Positions 27,984 through 36,744 of a stretch of DNA of 64,000 nt are shown piece by piece. Made by a program: the position numbers and the translations under genes. How positions within the stretch are numbered: position 1 is the first letter of the stretch; each line of letters starts with the position of its first letter. The notes below the pieces were generated by a model. That model was not told the origin of the DNA. It was given only the letters and a program-made list of their open reading frames with translations, and did not search any database. Location of the stretch: NCBI GenBank assembly GCA_964535795.1, contig CAZHTG010000005.1, positions 13,328 through 77,327 of the forward strand, given 5' to 3'. The DNA comes from an uncultured Rikenella sp. GTDB lineage: Bacteria > Bacteroidota > Bacteroidia > Bacteroidales > VadinHA17.

Positions 27984-28841
27984 ATGGATACGGTTTATCT
28001 CAACGGACAATTTATTCAAAGTGATCAGGCAGCGATCAGTCCTGACGACAGAGGCTTCCTCTTCGGTGACAGCATTTATGAAGTGACAAGGTGGTACGGT
28101 GGATATTTTCTCGATCTTCCCGGCCATGCCGCACGTCTGCGGCGAAGCCTGAAGGAGACCCGGATAGAATGGGATGAACAAGACAGGATCGAGGAGCTGT
28201 CGAAAGAGCTGATTCATCGAAACGGCCTTGGCGGCGAGTGTGCAATAGTATACTTCCAGGTCACACGCGGAGCGGCCCCGCGAACCCATGCCTTCCCCAA
28301 ACCTCCTGTAAAACCGACGGCCTACGGTTACGCACGACGACACAGCATAGATACGCTGGCATGTGAGCGCGGGGTGGGATTGTGGCTCGTCGCCGACCCG
28401 CGGTGGAACCGTTGCGATATCAAGTCGACTGCCCTGCTGGCCAATATACTGCCTTACCAGGAGGCCCATGACAAAGGCTTTGCCGAGGTGTGCTTTGTCC
28501 GTAACGGGTTCGTCACCGAGGGAGCGCATTCGAATATATTTTTCGTCAGGGATGGCACACTTTATACTCACCCTGAGTCCAACGATATCCTTTCAGGGAT
28601 TACCAGGAAAATATTCATTGCTCTTGCTGCAGAGCACAAAATTCCGCTGGTGGAGGAGGCTGTTGCCTCAGATATGATCCCCTATATGCATGAAGCCTTT
28701 ATCTGCAACACCACGGGAGAGGTTGTACCGGTGCTGAAGATAACAGACCAGGTCATCGGAGATGGAAGTCCCGGACCGGTTACCAGGAAGATCTATGGAC
28801 TGTTCAGGGAGCGGGTTCAGGCAGAGAATCCAGTACGGTAG
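27984..28841 (+). CDS. class IV aminotransferase (D-amino-acid/branched-chain family)
   Basis: DRGFLFGDSIYEV, a catalytic Lys region (RCDIKSTALL) and EGAHSNIFFV. It starts 5 nt after the aldolase gene. Confidence 0.8.
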   Translation: MDTVYLNGQFIQSDQAAISPDDRGFLFGDSIYEVTRWYGGYFLDLPGHAARLRRSLKETRIEWDEQDRIEELSKELIHRNGLGGECAIVYFQVTRGAAPRTHAFPKPPVKPTAYGYARRHSIDTLACERGVGLWLVADPRWNRCDIKSTALLANILPYQEAHDKGFAEVCFVRNGFVTEGAHSNIFFVRDGTLYTHPESNDILSGITRKIFIALAAEHKIPLVEEAVASDMIPYMHEAFICNTTGEVVPVLKITDQVIGDGSPGPVTRKIYGLFRERVQAENPVR

Positions 28842-28944
28842 GGCTGAAGTCAGTCGGCAGTCGGCAATCACAACCAGTCGGCAGTCAACAGTCGGCAGTC
28901 GACAGTCATTAAATAACTGAAGACTGAAGACTATTGCCTAATCC
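28842..28944. repeat. heptamer arrays (CAGTCGG, CTGAAGA, CTATTGC units)
   Basis: It begins directly after the stop codon. From 28875, ten in-phase units read cagtcgg cagtcaa cagtcgg cagtcga cagtcat taaataa ctgaaga ctgaaga ctattgc ctaatcc. An earlier sub-array, cagtcgg cagtcgg caatcac, starts at 28851. Confidence 0.9.
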
Positions 28945-28955
28945 TTCCTAGTTAA

Positions 28956-28963
28956 TACCTTTG
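28956..28963 (+). promoter_or_regulatory. candidate -7 box (TAnnTTTG) for lysS
   Basis: TACCTTTG, 15 nt upstream of the ATG at 28979 and immediately after the repeat element. Confidence 0.4.
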
Positions 28964-28978
28964 CACAAATTCTTAAAC

Positions 28979-30502
28979 ATGACCAATTCCCACCTCAGCG
29001 AACAGGAGCAGGTTCGCAGACAGTCGCTCGAAGAGATCCGCAAGCTTGGCATCGATCCTTACCCGGCAGCAATGTACCCGGTCAATGTATCGGCCGCAGA
29101 GATTCTCGACGGATTTAAGGACGGGGAAGACAAATTCCCGGAGGTATGCCTTGCCGGACGCATAATGAGCCGCCGCATAATGGGCAACGCTTCTTTTGCA
29201 GAGCTCATGGACTCCTCGGGACGCATACAGATATATGTGCGCCGTGATGACCTTTGCCCCGGCGAGGATAAGACCTTATATAATACGCTCTTCAAAAAAC
29301 TGCTTGATATAGGTGACATAATTGGAGTCAAGGGATTTGCCTTCAGGACGCAGATGGGTGAGATAACCGTGCATGTGAAGGAGCTGACACTACTGAGCAA
29401 GTCGTTGCGCCCGCTCCCTGTGGTTAAGGAGAAGGACGGGGTACTGTATGATGCCGTCACCGACCCGGAAATGCGTTACCGTCAGCGTTACGTCGACCTG
29501 ATAATCAATCCCGAAGTAAGGGAGGTATTCCGCAAGCGCACGCAGATAATGAAGTCGATGCGCGAACTCTTTGACTCTTATGGTTACCTTGAGGTGGAGA
29601 CACCGGTGTTGCAGGCTATCCCCGGCGGCGCTGCCGCCAGGCCGTTCATAACCCATCATAACGCACTCGATATACCTCTCTACCTGAGGATTGCGGATGA
29701 ATTATACCTGAAGAAGCTGATTGTGGGAGGGTATGACGGCGTATATGAGTTTGCCAAGGACTTCCGCAACGAAGGGATGGACCGAACTCACAATCCGGAG
29801 TTCACCGTGATGGAGATATATGTAGCATACAAGGACTACAACTGGATGATGAAATTTACCGAGGAAATCATAGAGAAGGTAGCGATGGACCTCCACGGAA
29901 CGACAAAAGTGCCCCTGGGTGATCAGGTTATTGATTACAGGGCACCTTACAGGCGCATATCAATGACTGATGCCATCATGGAATATGCCGGCATTGATAT
30001 CACGGAGATGAGTGAGGATGACCTAAGGAAGGAGTGCGACAGGCTTGGAATAGGCCATTCCCCATCCATGGGCAAAGGGAAACTTATAGACCAGATTTTT
30101 GGTGAAAAGTGCGAACATCACTTCATTCAGCCAACCTTCATAGTAGATTACCCGCAGGAGACCTCGCCGCTGACTAAGAAACACCGTAGCAAAGAGGGAC
30201 TCACCGAGCGTTTTGAACTTATGGTCAACGGCAAGGAGCTGGCCAATGCCTATTCGGAGCTCAATGACCCTATTGATCAGCTTGAGCGTTTCCAGGAGCA
30301 GATGAAGCTCTCGGAGAAGGGAGACGATGAGGCTATGTTCATTGACATGGATTTTGTCAGGGCGCTCGAGTACGGTATGCCCCCTACTTCAGGGATGGGT
30401 CTGGGGATTGACAGGCTGACCATGTTCATGACCAACCAGCCATCGATCCAGGATGTGCTCTTCTTCCCGCAGATGAGACCTGAGGGTCAGAAGAATATCT
30501 GA
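28979..30502 (+). CDS. lysS: lysine--tRNA ligase (class II)
   Basis: An OB-fold N-terminal region, then FRNEG, ELANAYSELNDP and GLGIDRL motifs. I start it at the MTNSHLSEQEQ ATG, because the TTG at 28961 is part of the -7 box. Confidence 0.95.
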   Translation: MTNSHLSEQEQVRRQSLEEIRKLGIDPYPAAMYPVNVSAAEILDGFKDGEDKFPEVCLAGRIMSRRIMGNASFAELMDSSGRIQIYVRRDDLCPGEDKTLYNTLFKKLLDIGDIIGVKGFAFRTQMGEITVHVKELTLLSKSLRPLPVVKEKDGVLYDAVTDPEMRYRQRYVDLIINPEVREVFRKRTQIMKSMRELFDSYGYLEVETPVLQAIPGGAAARPFITHHNALDIPLYLRIADELYLKKLIVGGYDGVYEFAKDFRNEGMDRTHNPEFTVMEIYVAYKDYNWMMKFTEEIIEKVAMDLHGTTKVPLGDQVIDYRAPYRRISMTDAIMEYAGIDITEMSEDDLRKECDRLGIGHSPSMGKGKLIDQIFGEKCEHHFIQPTFIVDYPQETSPLTKKHRSKEGLTERFELMVNGKELANAYSELNDPIDQLERFQEQMKLSEKGDDEAMFIDMDFVRALEYGMPPTSGMGLGIDRLTMFMTNQPSIQDVLFFPQMRPEGQKNI

Positions 30503-30577
30503 TATTCAATTGCTTTTAAATATTATTTCTTGACTCGTGCCTTAAGAAGTTTTACCTTACGGGTATAAACCAACACT

Positions 30578-31918
30578 GTGGCAATGAAGAATAATGGACT
30601 AAATCGACGCAGATTTATCAGAAACGCTTCTGCAGGCCTTATAGGAGCAGGCATTCTCGGGGCAAAGGCCCCCTCATCAGGTACACAGGAAACTGAAGAG
30701 GAATTTCCTAAGATTACTTCATTCCGTACTCTTGGTCGAACCAACTTTAAGGTTTCAGATATCGGAACAGGATATCCCTACAATGAGTCAACTCTCAGGG
30801 CTACATTGGGCTGTGGCGTGAACCTGATTGAAACGTCCGAAATGTATGGCAGAGGAAATAATGAAACCCTCATAGGAAACGTCATCAGGGACCTTGAAAG
30901 AGAAAAGTTATTCATTGTCACCAAACTGGCATATTCCGTAAAGGAATATGAATCTGCAAAGGATATCATTGACAGGGCAAATGCCAGTCTGAAAAGACTT
31001 CAGACTGACTATGTTGATTGCTTCATGCTCCACGGTGCAGAAAACTCTGAAAGAGTAAGGAACAAACATTACCATAAGGCAGTTGATCAATTAAAAAAGG
31101 AGGGGAAAATAAGATTTACCGGCATTTCATGCCACGGACACAGCTGGTGGGATAATCCTGAGGAAACATTTGAACAGGTGCTTATGACTGCTGTTGAAGA
31201 CGGACGGTTTGACGTCATAATGTTGCCCTACAACTTTTTTGAACCTGAAATGGGAGACAGGGTGTTGAAGGCCTGTCATGATAATAACATAGGTACGATG
31301 ATAATGAAATCCGTTCCTATTCTTATATATGAACTCTTCAACGAAGAGAAGCAGAAAAAAGAAAAAGAGGGCGGTGAACTCAGCGAAAGATATAAGATCG
31401 GCTATGAGAAATTTAAGCTGCAGAACGAACAGGCAGAAGCTTTCTTTGCCAGGTATGGGATATCAGGAACTGAAAAGATGAAGGATGGAGCTATTCAGTT
31501 TATCCTGTCAAACAATAATGCAAATACAATCTGTGCATTGTTCCAGAACTTTGATGACATTAAGAAATATATCAGGCTCTCCGGCACTAAACTTGAACCT
31601 CAGACCAGTAAAATGCTTGGTTTCTTCAAGTCAAACTACAACAGGCTGCACTGCAGGATAGGATGCAATATATGCGAAGGCTCATGCCCTCACCATCTGC
31701 CGGTAAACACCATATTGCGATACAATTATTATTTCCAGGCAAAAAAACAGGAAAAGATGGCCATTCAGTTTTATAATGGGTTGCAGGGGAACAAAGCGGA
31801 TATTTGCCTTAATTGCGAAGGTTTCTGTGAGCAAGCCTGTCCTCACGGGGTACTGGCCAGGCCACTGTTGGCTGCAGCCCACAGAAATCTGAGCTTTGAC
31901 ACACCAAATTTTGCCTGA
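30578..31918 (+). CDS. Tat-signal aldo/keto reductase with a C-terminal 2x[4Fe-4S]-like Cys domain
   Basis: Twin-arginine leader NRRRFIRNASAGLIGAGILGA, then an AKR core (IETSEMYGRGNNE, MLHG). The C-terminus has CRIGCNICEGSCP and CLNCEGFCEQACP ferredoxin-type motifs. Confidence 0.7.
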   Translation: MAMKNNGLNRRRFIRNASAGLIGAGILGAKAPSSGTQETEEEFPKITSFRTLGRTNFKVSDIGTGYPYNESTLRATLGCGVNLIETSEMYGRGNNETLIGNVIRDLEREKLFIVTKLAYSVKEYESAKDIIDRANASLKRLQTDYVDCFMLHGAENSERVRNKHYHKAVDQLKKEGKIRFTGISCHGHSWWDNPEETFEQVLMTAVEDGRFDVIMLPYNFFEPEMGDRVLKACHDNNIGTMIMKSVPILIYELFNEEKQKKEKEGGELSERYKIGYEKFKLQNEQAEAFFARYGISGTEKMKDGAIQFILSNNNANTICALFQNFDDIKKYIRLSGTKLEPQTSKMLGFFKSNYNRLHCRIGCNICEGSCPHHLPVNTILRYNYYFQAKKQEKMAIQFYNGLQGNKADICLNCEGFCEQACPHGVLARPLLAAAHRNLSFDTPNFA

Positions 31919-31926
31919 TACTTTTT

Positions 31927-32547
31927 ATGCAAGTGCCTGATAAATCTGAGCTTCTGCACATGCTCAAGCCTCTGGATTCTCCTTATAAAATCCAGGAGTT
32001 CCTTGATTCAATTCCGTATAACACCACCAAACGAACTCTTTCACCTCTGCTGGTAATGAAGGAGCGAATGGCTCACTGCATGGACGGCGGTCTTCTCGCC
32101 GCATCAGCACTGCGACGGCTGGGCTACCCTCCCCTGATTGTTGACCTGTCAGCTGAGAATGACGATGATCACATAATCGCAGTGTTCCGTGAAGGCAACT
32201 GCTGGGGTGCCATTGCCAAATCAAACACCACGGTCCTGCGGTTCCGCGAACCGGTCTACCGGTCGCTTCGTGAGCTGGCAATGTCATATTTCGACCTGTA
32301 CTACAACCTCAACTCACAGAAGTCACTCAGGAGCTATTCAAGAACCATGGACCTGTCGCGTTTTGATGACCGGAACTGGGAGACAACCGACGAGGACCTT
32401 GAGTTCATCGGCGATTATACCTTTACCGTAAGACACTACCCCCTCCTCACGAAAAAGCAAATCCTGTCACTGACCAAAGTCCCGAAATACCTGTATGACG
32501 CCGGCTTCTACGGTGCTGACATTGACGGCCTCTACAAACCTTCATGA
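31927..32547 (+). CDS. hypothetical protein, possibly of the transglutaminase-like (Cys-His) fold
   Basis: AHCMDGGLLAASALRRLGYP and DDHIIAVF resemble the Cys and His segments of transglutaminase-like proteins. It starts 8 nt after the AKR gene. This is a weak call. Confidence 0.35.
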   Translation: MQVPDKSELLHMLKPLDSPYKIQEFLDSIPYNTTKRTLSPLLVMKERMAHCMDGGLLAASALRRLGYPPLIVDLSAENDDDHIIAVFREGNCWGAIAKSNTTVLRFREPVYRSLRELAMSYFDLYYNLNSQKSLRSYSRTMDLSRFDDRNWETTDEDLEFIGDYTFTVRHYPLLTKKQILSLTKVPKYLYDAGFYGADIDGLYKPS

Positions 32548-32560
32548 AAAAGGCCTGAAC

Positions 32561-32665
32561 AGGTAATAGGCAATAGTAGTTAGCAGTCATTAAACATCTG
32601 ATTGACTGAAGACTGAAGACTTGAGGACTATTGCCTACTGCCTATTGCCTTACTGAAGACTGCTC
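32561..32665. repeat. intergenic spacer built almost entirely of in-phase heptamers, with inverted arms
   Basis: Fifteen consecutive 7-mers run from 32561: aggtaat aggcaat agtagtt agcagtc attaaac atctgat tgactga agactga agacttg aggacta ttgccta ctgccta ttgcctt actgaag actgctc. aggcaatag (left) and ctattgcct (right) are complementary. Confidence 0.9.
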
Positions 32666-34005
32666 TATCCCCTGGCATTCAGCATCCGCTCCAGTCTCTC
32701 GCGTTCAGCCTCAAACCCCGGCTTGCCAAGGAGGGCGAACATATTTTTCTTGTATGATTCGACTCCCGGCTGGTCAAAGGGGTTCACCCCGAGGACGTAT
32801 CCGCTGATTGCGCAGGCCAGTTCAAAGAAATACATCAGCTGACCCAGGTTGTACTCATCAATCCGTGGGATGCTGATGGTAAGGACAGGCACCCCGCCCT
32901 CGATGTGGGCTATGCGTGTTCCGGCCTCGGCCTTGTGATTGACCTCCGACAGCGTCTTGCCTGCAATAAAACCGATTCCGTCGGAGTCATCGGATGCACC
33001 CGGCACTATAAGCCTGCGGTGCGGTTCGTCAACGTGTATTACGGTCTCGAACAGCTTGCGCTCGCCCTGCTGAATGTACTGTCCCATTGAGTGGAGGTCA
33101 GTTGTGAAGGTGACTGATGAAGGGAATATCCCCTTGCTCTCCTTGCCCTCACTCTCACCATAAAGTTGCTTCCACCACTCTGCAAGGAAGACAAGTGATG
33201 GTTCATAGCTTATCAGAATCTCGGTTGTATACCCCTTGTGATACAGGGTGTTCCTTGCGGCGGCATAGGCAACGGCAATGTTGGAATCCGTGTCATTCCC
33301 ATCTCTTATTGAGAGCGCCATGTCTCTCATGCCTGAGGCAAATGCATCAATATCAAATCCTGCCAGTGCCAGCGGAAGCAGTCCGACCGGAGTCAGAACA
33401 GAATACCGTCCTCCCACGTCGTCAGGTATGACAAACGTTTCATAGCCTTCGCTTACGGCCAGGTTATGCAACGCACCCCGCCGGGCATCGGTGATGGCTA
33501 CGATATGTGATTTCATCCCCCTGTCTCCGATTTTATTTCTGAGGTGATCACGCAGAACGCGGAAGGCGATGGCAGGCTCGGTTGTGGTGCCGCTCTTGGA
33601 TATGACAACTATGTTATAGAGTGTGGAGTCCAGAAATCTGAGCAGTGCAGCATGATAATCCTCGCTGAGGGTGTGTCCTGCAAAGACAAGCGTGTGCTCC
33701 TGTCTTCCGAATGGATCCTTCAGTGCCTCCGTCAGTGCTTTTGCCCCCAGGTATGAGCCACCTATTCCGACAACCACAGTCACCGGAGCCTGGGCACGGA
33801 GTCGTGTCGCAGACCTCTTTATGCCATCTGTCTCTGTGACTGTTTTGTCAGGCAGGTGCAGCCATCCTGTGAACTCACTGCCCCTGCCCTTGCCCTCCCT
33901 CAATTTGAGGAGGTTGGTCCTTGCACTTTCCATGTAGGTGGTAAGTTCATCTGTATTGACAAATGAACCGATGCTTCTAATGCTGACAGAGATGCTGTTT
34001 TTCAT
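32665..34005 (-). CDS. pgi: glucose-6-phosphate isomerase
   Basis: A short bacterial PGI pattern (GIGGSYLG, SKSGTTTE, GGRYS), 446 aa. Confidence 0.95.
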   Translation of the reverse strand: MKNSISVSIRSIGSFVNTDELTTYMESARTNLLKLREGKGRGSEFTGWLHLPDKTVTETDGIKRSATRLRAQAPVTVVVGIGGSYLGAKALTEALKDPFGRQEHTLVFAGHTLSEDYHAALLRFLDSTLYNIVVISKSGTTTEPAIAFRVLRDHLRNKIGDRGMKSHIVAITDARRGALHNLAVSEGYETFVIPDDVGGRYSVLTPVGLLPLALAGFDIDAFASGMRDMALSIRDGNDTDSNIAVAYAAARNTLYHKGYTTEILISYEPSLVFLAEWWKQLYGESEGKESKGIFPSSVTFTTDLHSMGQYIQQGERKLFETVIHVDEPHRRLIVPGASDDSDGIGFIAGKTLSEVNHKAEAGTRIAHIEGGVPVLTISIPRIDEYNLGQLMYFFELACAISGYVLGVNPFDQPGVESYKKNMFALLGKPGFEAERERLERMLNARG

Positions 34006-34007
34006 TT

Positions 34008-35042
34008 CTATTTTAGTTTTTTTGACAGACTTTTCATTTCGTGGACGGGATTCGCAGTCGTATAAAGGATTCTGTAAACTGTTTCTGCGATTGGTATGTC
34101 CGCTTTAAGTTTTTCATTCACCTCATGAATGCAGGATGATGCAAAGTACCCTTCCGCCACCTGGTTCATCTCCAGGAGTGCATTCCTGACGGTATAACCT
34201 TTGCCGATCATAAATCCCAGGTTCCTGTTTCGGCTGAACTGAGAATACCCTGTTACGAGCAGGTCTCCCAGGTAGGGTGATTCGGTAATTTCACGGTGCA
34301 GGGGTGATATTGCATTTACAAATCGGCTCATCTCGCCTGTTGCATTAGCCAGGAGTACAGCGATAAAATTGTCACCGTATGCCATACCGTTTGCTATACC
34401 TGCAGCGATGGCATAGATATTCTTCATAACAGCCGCGTATTCTGTTCCGATAAAATCCTCAGAGATTAAAGTTCTTATCCACCTGTTGGAGAAGAGTGAA
34501 GCCACCCCTGCGGCCCTCTCGCTGCTGAGGGAAGCAAATGTGAGATAGGTCAGCTTCTCCGTTGATACCTCTTCTGCATGACTGGGGCCTGTAATAATGA
34601 CAATGTTCTCATCAGGGACACGGTACCTGCTGATCAGGTATTCACCTGTTACGCTATTATCGCCGGGGATAATTCCCTTTATGCCTGAACACAGGGTTTT
34701 TCCTGACAGGTCATCATCGGCAAGACCCTCCAGTGCGGCTTTAAGATAAGCCGCAGGTGTAACCAGTATGATGACCTCCGAGGAGTGTACGGATGAACGG
34801 ATATTGTCTGACGGGTTGATCAGTGCAAGGTCAAACTCAATGGTGGGAAGATAGTACGGGTTCCTCCCGTACCGTCTCACATGCCTGTATATTTCAGGCC
34901 TGTCAATATACCATGTTACGCGGCGACCGTTGGAGGTTAGCACCATTGTCATCGCTGTAGCCCAGCTTCCTGAGCCCACTATTGTGACATCGGTACTGCC
35001 TGATGCGTCTTTTTTCAGGTCCGTAAGGGCTGCTCCCGCCAT
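34008..35042 (-). CDS. gpsA: NAD(P)H-dependent glycerol-3-phosphate dehydrogenase
   Basis: A GSGSWATA Rossmann motif and the GPSHAEEV and NRNLG motifs. Confidence 0.9.
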   Translation of the reverse strand: MAGAALTDLKKDASGSTDVTIVGSGSWATAMTMVLTSNGRRVTWYIDRPEIYRHVRRYGRNPYYLPTIEFDLALINPSDNIRSSVHSSEVIILVTPAAYLKAALEGLADDDLSGKTLCSGIKGIIPGDNSVTGEYLISRYRVPDENIVIITGPSHAEEVSTEKLTYLTFASLSSERAAGVASLFSNRWIRTLISEDFIGTEYAAVMKNIYAIAAGIANGMAYGDNFIAVLLANATGEMSRFVNAISPLHREITESPYLGDLLVTGYSQFSRNRNLGFMIGKGYTVRNALLEMNQVAEGYFASSCIHEVNEKLKADIPIAETVYRILYTTANPVHEMKSLSKKLK

Positions 35043-35058
35043 TTCCTGATTTTTGCGT

Positions 35059-35066
35059 CAAAGATA
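35059..35066 (-). promoter_or_regulatory. candidate -7 box (TAnnTTTG) for gpsA
   Basis: The minus strand reads TATCTTTG, 17 nt upstream of the ATG and downstream of the repeat element. Confidence 0.4.
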
Positions 35067-35075
35067 TGCATTGAT

Positions 35076-35152
35076 CAGGCAGCAGGCAATAGGCAACAGC
35101 ACTCGGCCACTACTGCCTAATGCCTATTGCCTATTGCCTGAAGAGACTGAGT
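35076..35152. repeat. inverted heptamer arrays forming a hairpin
   Basis: Eleven in-phase 7-mers: caggcag caggcaa taggcaa cagcact cggccac tactgcc taatgcc tattgcc tattgcc tgaagag actgagt. The outer ~20 nt of each arm are complementary with two mismatches. Confidence 0.9.
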
Positions 35153-35154
35153 AC

Positions 35155-36495
35155 TTAAGCGAGCTTGTGTTTCTTTACGAATTCGTCAATGACCTCCTCC
35201 AGGTTCGGACTGCCGATCTCCTGCAGGTCATACCATACCCTGGTTGAGGGTCTCTTGATATTGATGATACGGTTGAGATCAATGGGAGTGCCTATGACCA
35301 CGGCGTCGCATTCGGTGTTGTTGATCGTCGTCTCAAGGTCCTTGAGCTGCTGATCACCGTAACCCATTGCAGGCAGAAGGGTGCCGATCTCCGGGTACTT
35401 CTCGAAAGTCTCTGTTATACTGCCTACGGTAAAGGGTCTCGGGTCAACAAGCTCTGCAGCACCGAACTTGCGTGCAGCAACCACTCCTGCCCCTATCTTC
35501 ATCTCGCCGTGGGTCAGTGTCGGGCCATCTTCAACAACGAGAACGCGTTTGCCCTTGATTATTGAAGGATCATCAACCCTGATCGGGGAGGCTCCGTCGA
35601 CCACGACAGCCCCGGGAGCCACCAGCTCGATGCTCTCGCGAACCGTCTGTATGTCGTCCGGTGCAGCGCTGTCCATCTTGTTGATGACAACCACGTCAGC
35701 AATACGCAGGGTCACTTCGCCCGGATAATACTTCAGTTCGTGGCCTGCACGGTGCGGGTCGGTGACGGTGATCATCAGGTCAGGGTTAAAGAAGGGGAAG
35801 TCATTGTTTCCACCGTCCCACAGAATTACATCGCAACCATCGGGATCATTCTCGGCAGCGCGGAGAATTGCCTCGTAATCAACACCTGCATAGATAACGT
35901 TTCCGCGCACTACATGAGGTTCGTACTCTTCCATCTCCTCAACAGTGCACTTGTGTTTTTCGAGGTCTGCCACAACAGCAAAACGTTGAACCTTCTGTTC
36001 AACGAGGTTACCGTAGGGCATCGGGTGTCGCACGGCCACAACCTTAAGTCCTTTTCTCATCAGAAGCTCGATGACCCTGCGTGATGTCTGGCTCTTGCCG
36101 CATCCTGTGCGGATGGCCCCTACCGCAACCACAGGCTTGACGCTCCTGACCATGGTCTCCCTCCATCCGAGGAGGATAAAGTTGGCACCTGCTGCATTGA
36201 CGATGGCACTCATTGACATGACTTTCTGATAGGTCACATCACTGTAGGCAAAGACACAGTCAACAACCTTCTGCTCCTGAATCAGCCGGACCAGATCATT
36301 CTCTGAATAGATCGGTATGCCCCCGGGATACAAACTTCCAGCCAGTTCGGCCGGATACTTTCTGCCATCGATATCCGGTATCTGTGCTGCAGTGAAGGCC
36401 ACAACATTATACAGTTCGTTGTCACGGAAATAGGTGTTGAAGTTGTGAAAATCCCTGCCCGCGGCTCCAATAATGATAACATTCCTTTTTAACAT
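35155..36495 (-). CDS. COG2403-type P-loop protein (cyclic 2,3-diphosphoglycerate synthetase-like / predicted GTPase)
   Basis: An N-terminal Rossmann-like IIIGAAGRDFHNFN and a central P-loop GAIRTGCGKSQTS, 446 aa. The pattern matches the family that includes archaeal cDPG synthetase. This is recalled from memory and was not searched. Confidence 0.5.
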   Translation of the reverse strand: MLKRNVIIIGAAGRDFHNFNTYFRDNELYNVVAFTAAQIPDIDGRKYPAELAGSLYPGGIPIYSENDLVRLIQEQKVVDCVFAYSDVTYQKVMSMSAIVNAAGANFILLGWRETMVRSVKPVVAVGAIRTGCGKSQTSRRVIELLMRKGLKVVAVRHPMPYGNLVEQKVQRFAVVADLEKHKCTVEEMEEYEPHVVRGNVIYAGVDYEAILRAAENDPDGCDVILWDGGNNDFPFFNPDLMITVTDPHRAGHELKYYPGEVTLRIADVVVINKMDSAAPDDIQTVRESIELVAPGAVVVDGASPIRVDDPSIIKGKRVLVVEDGPTLTHGEMKIGAGVVAARKFGAAELVDPRPFTVGSITETFEKYPEIGTLLPAMGYGDQQLKDLETTINNTECDAVVIGTPIDLNRIINIKRPSTRVWYDLQEIGSPNLEEVIDEFVKKHKLA

Positions 36496-36562
36496 AAAAC
36501 CTCCTAGTTAAATATTTGTTATTTTTTCAATTATATCTGTTTCTGATGCCAAGAATATCCCG

Positions 36563-36570
36563 CAAATTTA
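36563..36570 (-). promoter_or_regulatory. candidate -7 box (TAnnTTTG) for the COG2403-type gene
   Basis: The minus strand reads TAAATTTG, 68 nt upstream of the ATG, inside a ~250-nt AT-rich divergent intergenic region. Confidence 0.3.
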
Positions 36571-36744
36571 TAATTTGTAACTGAAACTGGAAGTGATTTA
36601 AGTCAGTTTAGGTCAATCTTTGTAAGGCTCATAATATTTTGATAATATGGAAGTTAATAAATCATAGGGTTTTGTTGAATAAATTTGCGCTTAATATTTT
36701 ATACCACAGCTTATTGGCAGAATCTTTGCAGTAACATTTAGCGG

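Noticed and set aside
36496-36744. The ~250-nt AT-rich intergenic region between the COG2403-type gene and acpH, considered as a possible small RNA or riboswitch locus.
   Set aside because: I could find no conserved-looking helices, no terminator and no similarity to riboswitch cores I know. It is most simply a divergent promoter region, with one TAAATTTG box on the minus strand.
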